Part shown: piece by piece, positions 1 through 7,109 of the stretch
How positions within the stretch are numbered: position 1 is the first letter of the stretch
How the letters are laid out: the number at the start of each line of letters is the position of its first letter
NCBI GenBank assembly: GCA_040382295.1
Contig: JBEIFU010000001.1
Span: forward strand, 1-59,932
Reading direction: 5' to 3'
DNA: 59,932 nt
Origin: Alphaproteobacteria bacterium
GTDB lineage: Bacteria > Pseudomonadota > Alphaproteobacteria > Micropepsales > Micropepsaceae
The notes under the pieces: model-generated
Told to the model about the DNA's origin: nothing
Seen by the model: the letters and a program-made list of their open reading frames with translations, nothing else
Database searches by the model: none
Translations under genes and position numbers: made by a program

Positions 1-139
1 CCAACAGGGTCGCAACCAAAGTGCTTCTGGACTGCAACCGATCTTACGGAAGCTAACAGCGGTGGTGGGATGCCAAACCTCGGCAGCATTTCAAGCAAGC
101 CACTCGTCAAGCAGGCGGGAACTTACGCCTAATTCACGC
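1..139. repeat. Direct terminal repeat, left copy (identical to 59794..59932)
   Basis: The first 139 nt (ccaacagggtcgcaacc...cctaattcacgc) recur exactly as the last 139 nt. This copy carries the 3' end and TAA stop (130..132) of the tailspike ORF. Confidence 0.95.
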
Positions 140-157
140 CCGAAAGGACCGTCCAAC

Positions 158-319
158 ATGGCATCCATAGAGCCTGACGCTTTCCCCGGAGATCCATATG
201 GCCACGTGACCAATCAATCCGGCCATCTCGTCTTGGGGCTGGCCATCGCCTCTGTCGCGGCATTCGCTGGCCTCTGGTGGCCCATCCCGCTTGCGGCGGC
301 GCATGATCGGCAAGGCTAA
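158..319 (+). CDS. Small hypothetical protein (53 aa), one hydrophobic segment
   Basis: ATG at 158 follows gaaagga. 'LVLGLAIASVAAFAGLWWPI' looks like a TM segment. Short, with no family recognised. Confidence 0.3.
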   Translation: MASIEPDAFPGDPYGHVTNQSGHLVLGLAIASVAAFAGLWWPIPLAAAHDRQG

Positions 320-383
320 CACCTAATCCGGTTCATGTTAGCGGTTCGCCGTTTCACTAACACGTAGTCGGCTTGATGTTAGC
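315..383. repeat. Two tandem hairpins / dyad sites with conserved arms CTAACAC-N12-ATGTTAGC
   Basis: gCTAACACctaatccggttcATGTTAGC (315..342) and aCTAACACgtagtcggcttgATGTTAGC (356..383). They lie at the convergent junction between the tailspike cassette (+) and the small-gene block (-). Confidence 0.45.
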
Positions 384-404
384 AAATGTGGCGGCGGGCA
401 TCTG

Positions 405-593
405 TCATGCTATGCCGCTTTTCTTAAAGACCCAATCTTCAAACTCGTCAACCTTGGCTTTAAGCTCAGGAAACCCCGTAGGCTGGCCATGCCATGTTTC
501 CTCTGACCCGAACAGTTCGATAGCTGCCCGTAGTTCGCCAATGGCACGGCGAACCATAGCGCGTTGCTGCGATTCACGTTCTTTCTGTGTCAT
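405..593 (-). CDS. Hypothetical protein (62 aa)
   Basis: ORF whose start (ATG 593..591) overlaps the stop (592..590) of the upstream gene as ATGA. Charged and helical. Confidence 0.5.
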   Translation of the reverse strand: MTQKERESQQRAMVRRAIGELRAAIELFGSEETWHGQPTGFPELKAKVDEFEDWVFKKSGIA

Positions 594-922
594 TCATTCA
601 TCCTCTCTAGTGGCCGGGTCAGCGATGGTCCGGCCATTGGTGTTTGTGGCGGCGGGCATAAGACGTTGCTCATTCTGGCCGCATTCAGCAGGACCAGCGT
701 CCGCCTTTCTTGGTTCTTTTTATGTCCTGCCATGAACCGTGCAAACCAATCAGTATTTTGATAGTCTACAGGTTCACCGGCTGGTTTACCGCATGACGGG
801 CACTCAAGCTGCATGGCGGCAGACGGCGGGAACACGGCAACCCAATCCCATGCGCAGTCCATGCAGACAACGTAGGCTGTAGCGTGCGGGCGGTAGTCGT
901 CCAGGCTCACTATATCAGTCAT
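590..922 (-). CDS. Zinc-ribbon protein (CxxC...CxxC)
   Basis: 'CMDC' and 'CPSC' pairs. I chose the ATG at 922 (MTDIVSL), which overlaps the upstream stop by 8 nt. Confidence 0.5.
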   Translation of the reverse strand: MTDIVSLDDYRPHATAYVVCMDCAWDWVAVFPPSAAMQLECPSCGKPAGEPVDYQNTDWFARFMAGHKKNQERRTLVLLNAARMSNVLCPPPQTPMAGPSLTRPLERMNE

Positions 923-1238
923 GGCTTCCACCCTCTGCGATCTTGGCGCGGATGATTGCGATCAGCCATGCGCGGGCCAAGTCGGGATGGCACGCATGTG
1001 TGGCAGGTGGAACGCCTTGGGAAGCGTAAACATGCCATCCTCCTTCTATATCAGGCCCATTCATGGATAGCTTATACCTTGGCAACACCGCCTGATGCAG
1101 CGACTTGGCGGCGTCGAGTGAGCCAAAATAGGCAAGTTCGGCCCATCCATCAAACCCGGCATCCTCAAACGCCATCGTTGTTGCCGTCCCCGCCTCCACC
1201 ATTTCCAGCAGCTTTGTCAGCTCGGCGCGGTCACTCAT
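915..1238 (-). CDS. Hypothetical protein (107 aa)
   Basis: ORF starting MSD. ATGAGTGA overlap with the upstream stop. Confidence 0.5.
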   Translation of the reverse strand: MSDRAELTKLLEMVEAGTATTMAFEDAGFDGWAELAYFGSLDAAKSLHQAVLPRYKLSMNGPDIEGGWHVYASQGVPPATHACHPDLARAWLIAIIRAKIAEGGSHD

Positions 1239-1678
1239 GGCGCATCCCCCGCCAATGCTTCGTCGATAGCCGCATAAATCTTTTCAATCGACAATCCATG
1301 CCGGGTTATCAGGCTTGCGCGGACCAAAGCTTTTAGCCGCTCCACCTCTGCCTTTTCGGCGCGTTCCAACATCAGCGCGAATGTCTTGTCACGCTCGGCC
1401 ATGATGTAGGCGCGGTCTTTCATCACCGCGTTGCATTGCGCCTCTGCCCTCAGTTGGGCTTCGTATGCCTCTGCCGCTTGGCCAGCGTCGGATAGCATTT
1501 GCATACGGGCTTCCCGCAGTTCAGCCTCTGCCTTTTCGGCGCGGGCTTGCAGGGCTTCGATGGCTTCGGATGCCTTGACCATTGCCTCGGCGTCTTGGCC
1601 CCATCTTATGCGCTCGCCCATAGTTATCATGGTTGCGAGGATGTTCAGGTCAGCGGCTAGTATGCGATAGTCACTCAT
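1235..1678 (-). CDS. Coiled-coil hypothetical protein, paralog A
   Basis: Shares 'ARAEKAEAELREARMQMLSDAGQAAEAYEAQLRAEAQCNAVMKDRAYIM' and the C-terminal 'ALAGDAP' with the next gene. Confidence 0.6.
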   Translation of the reverse strand: MSDYRILAADLNILATMITMGERIRWGQDAEAMVKASEAIEALQARAEKAEAELREARMQMLSDAGQAAEAYEAQLRAEAQCNAVMKDRAYIMAERDKTFALMLERAEKAEVERLKALVRASLITRHGLSIEKIYAAIDEALAGDAP

Positions 1679-2181
1679 GGCGCATCCCCCGCAAGGGCGG
1701 CGCGGATTTGTTGCGCTGCGGTCGCCTGACCATTGACGAATTGGCTTTTGCTCACAGGCCCGTCAAACAAGTCGCACGCCTTCATTCCCCGATCCACCTG
1801 TGCCAGCGCGGCGTCCCTCTGCCGCATGATGTAGGCGCGGTCTTTCATCACCGCGTCACAAGCGGCTTCGGCCTTTAGTTGGGCTTCATACGCATCTGCT
1901 GCCTGGCCAGCGTCGGATAGCATTTGCATACGGGCTTCACGCAAGTCGGCCTCTGCCTTTTCGGCGCGGGCAAGCGCGGCGGCAAGCTGTGCCTCTAGCG
2001 CGGCGATCTGGGCGGTGTGCAGGTCAGCGCGGATGTATTCGGTGGCGTCGAATACGGGCTTCTTTTCATGCCAAAATGGGACATTCAGACCGTATTCGTC
2101 CTCATTTTCAAAGTCGCATTCATCAACTGTGTAAGCCCATATCCGGTTCGGCATGTCAGCCCTGATGTCGTCGTGGGTCAT
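1675..2181 (-). CDS. Coiled-coil hypothetical protein, paralog B
   Basis: Carries 'ARAEKAEADLREARMQMLSDAGQAADAYEAQLKAEAACDAVMKDRAYIM ... ALAGDAP'. Start set at MTHDD (2181), which forms an ATGA overlap with the upstream stop. Confidence 0.6.
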   Translation of the reverse strand: MTHDDIRADMPNRIWAYTVDECDFENEDEYGLNVPFWHEKKPVFDATEYIRADLHTAQIAALEAQLAAALARAEKAEADLREARMQMLSDAGQAADAYEAQLKAEAACDAVMKDRAYIMRQRDAALAQVDRGMKACDLFDGPVSKSQFVNGQATAAQQIRAALAGDAP

Positions 2182-2381
2182 GGTCGTGCCTCCGGTCTGA
2201 TCGAGGTCAAAGGCGCCAAGGGCATTGCCCGGCACCCGGCCGCGATGTGGGTCTGCCCTTCACGCTCCGCCCACTCGATCACCTTCGGCAGGTCGTACCG
2301 GCAGGCGTTCATGGTCTCATAGGCCCCGACGCGGTAGGGATCATGTCCGGCCATCGTCCACATGAAAAGGACAAAGGTCAT
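2178..2381 (-). CDS. Hypothetical protein (67 aa)
   Basis: Start MTFVLF at 2381 forms an ATGA overlap with the upstream micro-ORF stop. Confidence 0.45.
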   Translation of the reverse strand: MTFVLFMWTMAGHDPYRVGAYETMNACRYDLPKVIEWAEREGQTHIAAGCRAMPLAPLTSIRPEARP

Positions 2382-2494
2382 AGCAGCACCCACAGGACAC
2401 CGACGATGATCGCAATCGCCACAAAACCAGCACAGCCAAGAAGGAGAACCACAACTACCATCGAGTCGCCGTCGTCATTGTTGTCGTCACGCAT
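2378..2494 (-). CDS. Small membrane peptide (38 aa)
   Basis: 'MRDDNNDDGDSMVVVVLLLGCAGFVAIAIIVGVLWVLL': an acidic head followed by one TM segment. Coupled at both ends. Confidence 0.4.
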   Translation of the reverse strand: MRDDNNDDGDSMVVVVLLLGCAGFVAIAIIVGVLWVLL

Positions 2495-2717
2495 CGTCAA
2501 TCTCCCGATCCCGCTTCCGTTCATAAAGGTAATCGCCGTCAGGCTCCTCGCGTTTGCACGCGGGGCACTCCACTTCCCCGGAATAGCCGCACTCGTCACA
2601 GCCATGACCAGCGCATTCTGGGCAGTCGACAAGATAACCACCCCCACATTCCGCACACCGGCCGTCATCCGGACCGGCCAGCCGCCAAGCGTCATAGTCG
2701 CTCACTTCGCCCTCCAA
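2487..2717 (-). CDS. DnaJ-type cysteine-rich zinc-finger protein
   Basis: Four CxxC units: 'CAECGGGY','CPECAGHG','CDECGYSG','CPAC'. Confidence 0.6.
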   Translation of the reverse strand: MEGEVSDYDAWRLAGPDDGRCAECGGGYLVDCPECAGHGCDECGYSGEVECPACKREEPDGDYLYERKRDREIDDA

Positions 2718-2884
2718 GATCTGTAAAGCTCATCCAGCAGGCCCTCTGACTTGAGGGCCCGCCACCGAAACCGGACATCCTCGAGCCGCACATCAAGCCC
2801 GATCGCAATGTCCTCGACGCCATAACCCTCGCGCATCAGCGCAAGGATCTGGCTCGTCACCAGCCGGTCAATCACTCGCGTCAC
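2702..2884 (-). CDS. Small HTH DNA-binding protein (start uncertain; the ORF is open up to 2923)
   Basis: 'ILALMREGYGVEDIAIGLDVRLEDV' is HTH-like. GTG candidates lie at 2884 and 2875. Confidence 0.4.
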   Translation of the reverse strand: MTRVIDRLVTSQILALMREGYGVEDIAIGLDVRLEDVRFRWRALKSEGLLDELYRSWRAK

Positions 2885-3038
2885 GCTCTTGATCCTTCTC
2901 CTCGAGCCGGTAAGACTGGACAAGCCGGGCGACGATCTCCGCCGTCATGCTCCGATAGTTTGCCTCGGAAGACGCGCGGATCCGATCCCTCAAGACCTCC
3001 GGAATCCGCAGCCGGAAATGTGGGTCATCTCTAGACAT
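2868..3038 (-). CDS. Arc/MetJ-type ribbon-helix-helix DNA-binding protein
   Basis: 'FRLRIPEVLRDRIRASSEANYRSMTAEIVARL' matches the Arc-like RHH pattern. Confidence 0.65.
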   Translation of the reverse strand: MSRDDPHFRLRIPEVLRDRIRASSEANYRSMTAEIVARLVQSYRLEEKDQERDASD

Positions 3039-3052
3039 CACTGCCCCCTTCA

Positions 3053-3289
3053 TCACACCTCTCCCCTTGTAAGCCTGGGCGGAAACTCATCCGCAAGATC
3101 CGGCTCAGACATCATCACCTTCAAAGCCTTCGCCAGAGCCCGGCACTCGCCATAACAGAGCTCCATTGCATGCTTGCCATACCTGAAAATGATCACATCC
3201 TCCGACACGGTGTGAGCAACCTTGATGGACTCCTTGCCGGCGCTGTCGAAGATCACAATCTCGCAGATCTGTGCATTCGTCAGTATCAC
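3053..3289 (-). CDS. Hypothetical protein (78 aa)
   Basis: ORF with ATGA-type coupling to the upstream gene. Confidence 0.5.
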   Translation of the reverse strand: MILTNAQICEIVIFDSAGKESIKVAHTVSEDVIIFRYGKHAMELCYGECRALAKALKVMMSEPDLADEFPPRLTRGEV

Positions 3290-3774
3290 ACCACCTCCAC
3301 TTCGCAGCCAATACGCTTCAAAATCGCCATCACGCGCGCCATGTCAGCCTGCTTGGCAGACACCAGCAAAACACGATCCGGCAACGGCGCAGGCTTCTCA
3401 ACCCGAACAACCGGCCCAGGATGCTGAATGCTGTCCAGCAAAAACTGAAACTGCTCAACTCCACCCGGCCGAACAGGCGGCGGATTGGGCGCAAGCTCAG
3501 TCGTGCAATCATTCTTGAACTCATACGCCGGCGCCGCATCCGAAGGCGCAACCTCCGGGTTCAAGCGCAGCCACATCTCCGCAGACTTCTCGATCGAGCG
3601 CGACGGAATAATCTTCCCAAACAACCAGTGACGGACAGTGCCACGCATGTCCAACGCCTTGTCCATCCCATCCCTCTGGTCAAACCGCTTCGCCATCGCA
3701 ACCAGCGCAGGGCGGCCCGCCGCCCCAATCCGGTCCCAAACCCCTGCATACTCGCTGTACAAACGACCGGTCAT
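3286..3774 (-). CDS. Hypothetical protein (162 aa)
   Basis: Long ORF with normal composition, coupled to its neighbours. Confidence 0.55.
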   Translation of the reverse strand: MTGRLYSEYAGVWDRIGAAGRPALVAMAKRFDQRDGMDKALDMRGTVRHWLFGKIIPSRSIEKSAEMWLRLNPEVAPSDAAPAYEFKNDCTTELAPNPPPVRPGGVEQFQFLLDSIQHPGPVVRVEKPAPLPDRVLLVSAKQADMARVMAILKRIGCEVEVV

Positions 3775-4223
3775 TTCAAACCCTCCGCCCGCATCGCAGC
3801 AACCACCAAAGATCCCGCAATCCCACGCGCCACCTTTGGCGCAAACTGCATGGTGGTAAATGCCGGGCCGTCCTGACTTTCAATCACGACGATGTCTTCG
3901 AAAACCCCGACGCTCAACACATCGCCATGGTAATCCTTGAACTCACTAAACTCGACCGGTCGGCCACTCAGAGATTCCGCGCGGGCCCGCGTGATGGCCA
4001 AGATCCGCCGGCCCAAATCCGGATTGAAATCAAGAATGTGAGTCGCAACAGCAAAAGCCGCCGGCTCGATGCCGCGGCTCCACAGACCCGCTGACACAGG
4101 CTGATCGCCCAGAAGCACAGCCTTAAGATCAATGCGGTCCTGGTGGATCTTGGCCGCCTCCTCGGTATCGTGCTTGTTCCCGTCACTCGTCTTGTAAATA
4201 ATCAGTTGCGTGATCTCGCTCAT
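3771..4223 (-). CDS. Hypothetical protein (150 aa)
   Basis: Long ORF and first gene of the coupled run 4223->405. Confidence 0.55.
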   Translation of the reverse strand: MSEITQLIIYKTSDGNKHDTEEAAKIHQDRIDLKAVLLGDQPVSAGLWSRGIEPAAFAVATHILDFNPDLGRRILAITRARAESLSGRPVEFSEFKDYHGDVLSVGVFEDIVVIESQDGPAFTTMQFAPKVARGIAGSLVVAAMRAEGLK

Positions 4224-4341
4224 CCGTCGCCTCCATCACCGTGCATCAGCGCACGATGACACCATCTCACACCATTATGCCTCACGCAAGACGTAAAATG
4301 GCCGGGTTGCAAAATCCCGAACCCAAAGCTAAACACAACAC

Positions 4342-4418
4342 GTCGCGGTGGAGCAGTCCGGTAGCTCGTCAGGCTCATACCCTGGAGGCCGAGGGTTCAA
4401 ATCCCTCCCGCGCAACCA
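4342..4418 (+). tRNA. tRNA-Met (anticodon CAT), initiator-like, with an imperfect acceptor stem
   Basis: Cloverleaf by eye: D arm GAGC/GCTC (A11:T24), anticodon stem TCAGG/CCTGG, loop CTCATAC (CAT at 4376..4378), T arm GAGGG-TTCAAAT-CCCTC, encoded ACCA at the 3' end. Acceptor pairs 3-7 are good; 1:72 (G/A) and 2:71 (T/C) are mismatched. Confidence 0.75.
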
Positions 4419-4449
4419 CCCATCCCCAGAAGACAGAGTCCCACACCCG

Positions 4450-4986
4450 CTACTGCCCGATCAGATCCCTGATCATGGCCGCGAACTCCGCGTTGTTCGA
4501 CCGGAAGTCATCAACATGAACGTCGCTTTTCCCCATGTTGCAGTCATTGCACAGAACCTGCAGGTTTCTCAAATCAAGCGCCAACGCAGGATATTTCCTC
4601 CGGGGCCTGATGTGATCAACAACAAGCCGGCCAGCCTCGGTGTCCCCAGGCCGCCAGCCGCAGCACTGGCACCGATGCCCGTGCACCTTCAACGCCTCAT
4701 ACCTCACGGCCTTCCACTCCCACGACGCATAGAACCCGTCCGGTCCTCCGCGCGCCGCCTTCTCTCGGACAGGATCTCGAGACACCTTCAAAGCCATGCG
4801 CGCCGCAGCCATCAGCCACAACCTCAGCTCCCGCTCGCTTCGCGGCCGACGCCCACTCAAAAATGGGCCAAGCACCTTCTCAGCCAACTTGTTCGAGATG
4901 TTGCCGCCGCCATGACCAAGATGCCTGACCGCCCGAACCACCAAATCCCGGTAATCACTCCCCCCTGAATCTTCCTTACTACCCAT
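4450..4986 (-). CDS. HNH endonuclease
   Basis: 'HGHRCQCCGW...VVDHIRPRRKYP...NLQVLCNDCNMGK'. Start set at MGSKED (4986); the ORF is open to 5085. Confidence 0.8.
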   Translation of the reverse strand: MGSKEDSGGSDYRDLVVRAVRHLGHGGGNISNKLAEKVLGPFLSGRRPRSERELRLWLMAAARMALKVSRDPVREKAARGGPDGFYASWEWKAVRYEALKVHGHRCQCCGWRPGDTEAGRLVVDHIRPRRKYPALALDLRNLQVLCNDCNMGKSDVHVDDFRSNNAEFAAMIRDLIGQ

Positions 4987-5085
4987 CTCAAACCTTATCC
5001 TTAGCTGTTCGTTTGACAGAATGATGCTTAAAGCCCGGGGATCAAACCCAGCCAGCACCATCTGTCTCCCGTGATCTTGCCTCAA

Positions 5086-5554
5086 ACCTCAGAGCCTTGA
5101 GCCGCCACGATTGACAGGCTTCGCGTTTCGATCCGCGCCGCCCGGCCCCACATCCTAACCGCCTGATCGTGGCAGTCCCTCGCTTACACCATAGGGGCAC
5201 CCGCCTCGCAGCAGGAATGATCGGTGCGGGCGCTATGCGAAGCTCCACCTAGTAACGCCCTGGTCTCAACAGACGCGGCGCTACCAAGCATAAGGCCACC
5301 GCGTTTTTCCGTGGCAGGGGTTGCGCGCTCGACCGTGTTACAGTATATCACGCCTCAATCCGGTGACGCTTGTTCCCTGCCAAGGTTTTGCAAGTGTCAT
5401 CCAGGCCGCGCTTGAGATTCGTCTCGCGCGGCCTTCCCTTTCCTAAACCCCATCACATCTCCGCGTCAACTGTTACGATATAACAGCCCACATGCCCACA
5501 AAACCGCGCCGCTTTTTTTGAAAGCACCATCCCCCAGCACAAAAATTTTCGGGG
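5086..5554. other. Large apparently non-coding region with A/T tracts and hairpins
   Basis: No convincing ORF. T7 run at 5513..5519, AAAAATTTT at 5541..5549, perfect hairpin CTGTTAcgataTAACAG at 5470..5486, GC hairpin GCCGCGC-N14-GCGCGGC at 5405..5432, near-palindromic AGTATATCA at 5342..5350. Confidence 0.5.
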
Positions 5555-5827
5555 CTATATGGGAGATCGCGTTTTTTTTGGCCACACAGGGCAAGGGTAA
5601 GAGGGGCCCATATACACGCACCCCCTCGGGGGGCCGGGGCCGGGTCGCGCATGGCGGGTGGCGGTCGCAAGCCTGTCCAGCCTGTGGGTCCCATCGGGCC
5701 GATCGTGGGGCCATGGCCTGTCAACCAGGTAGCGCAATCCGTCAACCTGGCGCTGTCCCCCTGCCATGAGCAAGCCTGTCCCTGTCCCTGCCCCGTCCAC
5801 CCCATGGTGCATATGCCTCGTGTTCAT
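5555..5827 (-). CDS. Possible small ORF (90 aa) coupled to terS
   Basis: ATGA overlap with the terS stop and G/C-rich third positions. The His/Arg/Gly/Pro-rich composition is unusual, and other frames are also open. Confidence 0.3.
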   Translation of the reverse strand: MNTRHMHHGVDGAGTGTGLLMAGGQRQVDGLRYLVDRPWPHDRPDGTHRLDRLATATRHARPGPGPPRGCVYMGPSYPCPVWPKKTRSPI

Positions 5828-6423
5828 GTGTCCGAAGCTGGCAGGGTTTTGAGGCCGTAACCTGTCGTTGAGGCGTGGTCGATGGCGTCGAGCATAAGCC
5901 GCAGCTTGTCCGCCGGGATGGTCACGTCGAACTGCGCAAGCAAGTGGACCATCTGTTGCACCAACTCCTTCGCGGATGCGCCGCCGAGCAACGCTTGGGC
6001 GCCTGCGCTGCCTGACCCCTCGCCTCGTGCAACGGCCTCACTGAACTGCTCGGGCGCAAATCTGGCCATGAGCCATTGCCGGGCTTGGATGCGGACCTTT
6101 GTCCTTTCGATGTGCTCGCGGTTGAGTGTGGGCTTGATCGGTTGCCCCCGCTTCCCGGTGGCCTTGATCCAGTCCTCCGACGAGTCGTCCGCAAGGTGGA
6201 TGATCTCATTTGCCCAGCTTCGCATCTGCTCTCTCTGGGCCTGATTGTAGGCCAAAGCGAACGCTGGCCTATCTCTTATCCACGTCCAGACAGATGTCAT
6301 AGTTGGCATATTTGGCTCTTGAAGGATGCTTGTGAGTGTTTCTCCTGATGCGATGCGGTAACAGATTTGGTCTGCAAGCTTTTGATCATAGGAGGGAATA
6401 CGGAAAGCGGCGATTGGTTGCAT
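5824..6423 (-). CDS. terS: Terminase small subunit
   Basis: 'ADQICYRIASGETLTSILQEPNMPTMTSVWTWIRDRPAFALAYNQAQREQM...IIHLADDSSEDW...RIQARQWLMARFAPEQF' matches the HTH-containing small-terminase family of Bordetella BPP-1-like phages. Confidence 0.7.
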   Translation of the reverse strand: MQPIAAFRIPSYDQKLADQICYRIASGETLTSILQEPNMPTMTSVWTWIRDRPAFALAYNQAQREQMRSWANEIIHLADDSSEDWIKATGKRGQPIKPTLNREHIERTKVRIQARQWLMARFAPEQFSEAVARGEGSGSAGAQALLGGASAKELVQQMVHLLAQFDVTIPADKLRLMLDAIDHASTTGYGLKTLPASDT

Positions 6424-6452
6424 GGTGCTGTCCTGTGGGTTGTTGTGCGCTG

Positions 6453-6482
6453 TTTATAGCGTGCGAAGCACGGGCGCGGCAA
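6453..6482 (-). promoter_or_regulatory. Candidate sigma70-type promoter for terS (TTGCCG-N18-TATAAA)
   Basis: Read on the minus strand, upstream of the terS ATG. Hexamers only, not validated. Confidence 0.35.
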
Positions 6483-6528
6483 ATTTTCCACAACGGCTAA
6501 AATACGGCCGTTATGCGTCCAGGGGGGC

Positions 6529-6558
6529 TTGACATGGGTTTTGTGATCGGCCTAGTGT
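6529..6558 (+). promoter_or_regulatory. Candidate sigma70-type promoter for the early (+) operon (TTGACA-N18-TAGTGT)
   Basis: Perfect -35 at 6529..6534. An inverted repeat GTGTCactgacgGACAC overlaps the -10 region and the likely start site. Confidence 0.4.
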
Positions 6559-6603
6559 CACTGACGGACACTACAAACAACGAACGAAGGAAGGAACGAG
6601 GCG

Positions 6604-6882
6604 ATGGCGACGATTAGGATGCATGAGGGTCTGGAGTATATCCGCCCGGACGAGATGGCGGAGTGTGTTGATGGGGTTCTGGCTGTGCCGGGGCTTTATG
6701 AGGCGCTGTGGCAGTCGATGGATGACATGAAGCCGCTGGGCGAGTTGATCGACATGGAGGAGAGCGGGCCGGGTGATGCGGTTGGGCTGAACAGCATTGC
6801 GTCGGTCTGGGGCAAGTTTTCGGACGATCACAAGTTGGCTCTGAACGCGCTGTCGAAGAAGGCGGAAGGGGGGGTTTGGTGA
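6604..6882 (+). CDS. Hypothetical protein (92 aa)
   Basis: First ORF after the promoter, with RBS ggaaggaacgagg upstream. Confidence 0.55.
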   Translation: MATIRMHEGLEYIRPDEMAECVDGVLAVPGLYEALWQSMDDMKPLGELIDMEESGPGDAVGLNSIASVWGKFSDDHKLALNALSKKAEGGVW

Positions 6883-7049
6883 TGCGGACGCTGACCTTTG
6901 AGGCGACGGCTGACATGCTGATCCTGATCCTTGAGGACGGGAGTGATGAGGGGCGGGAGTTTGCGCGGGGGGAGTTGCGGCGCTGGGGCGTGATGCTTGA
7001 TGACTTGGCGGCTTTGAATGCTGCTCGGGACTTGGCGACGGCGGGTTGA
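6882..7049 (+). CDS. Hypothetical protein (55 aa; below the cut-off of the ORF track)
   Basis: TGATG coupling. 'MRTLTFEATADMLILILEDGSDEGREFARGELRRWGVMLDDLAALNAARDLATAG'. Confidence 0.4.
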   Translation: MRTLTFEATADMLILILEDGSDEGREFARGELRRWGVMLDDLAALNAARDLATAG

Positions 7050-7109
7050 TCTTGTTGCCAGCCCTTGCGGGGGCTGGACGCTGGAACAACCAGAGAGAGG
7101 ACTAGGGCG

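Noticed and set aside
4342-4418. I considered the tRNA-like sequence as an attP core of a temperate phage.
   Set aside because: I recognised no integrase, recombinase or excisionase anywhere in the genome. I kept it as a tRNA feature, with the acceptor-stem anomaly noted.
5109-5139. A perfect TTGACA hexamer at 5111..5116 looked like a possible promoter.
   Set aside because: No acceptable -10 lies at 16-18 nt spacing; the sequence there is cgcgcc or ccgcgc.
5473-5805. A 110-aa ORF with a 'GPTIGPMGPTGWTG' collagen-like stretch lies in the gene-poor region.
   Set aside because: There are only three or four Gly-X-Y triplets and no RBS. Third-position G/C is lower than in the competing frame, and all three minus-strand frames are open here.
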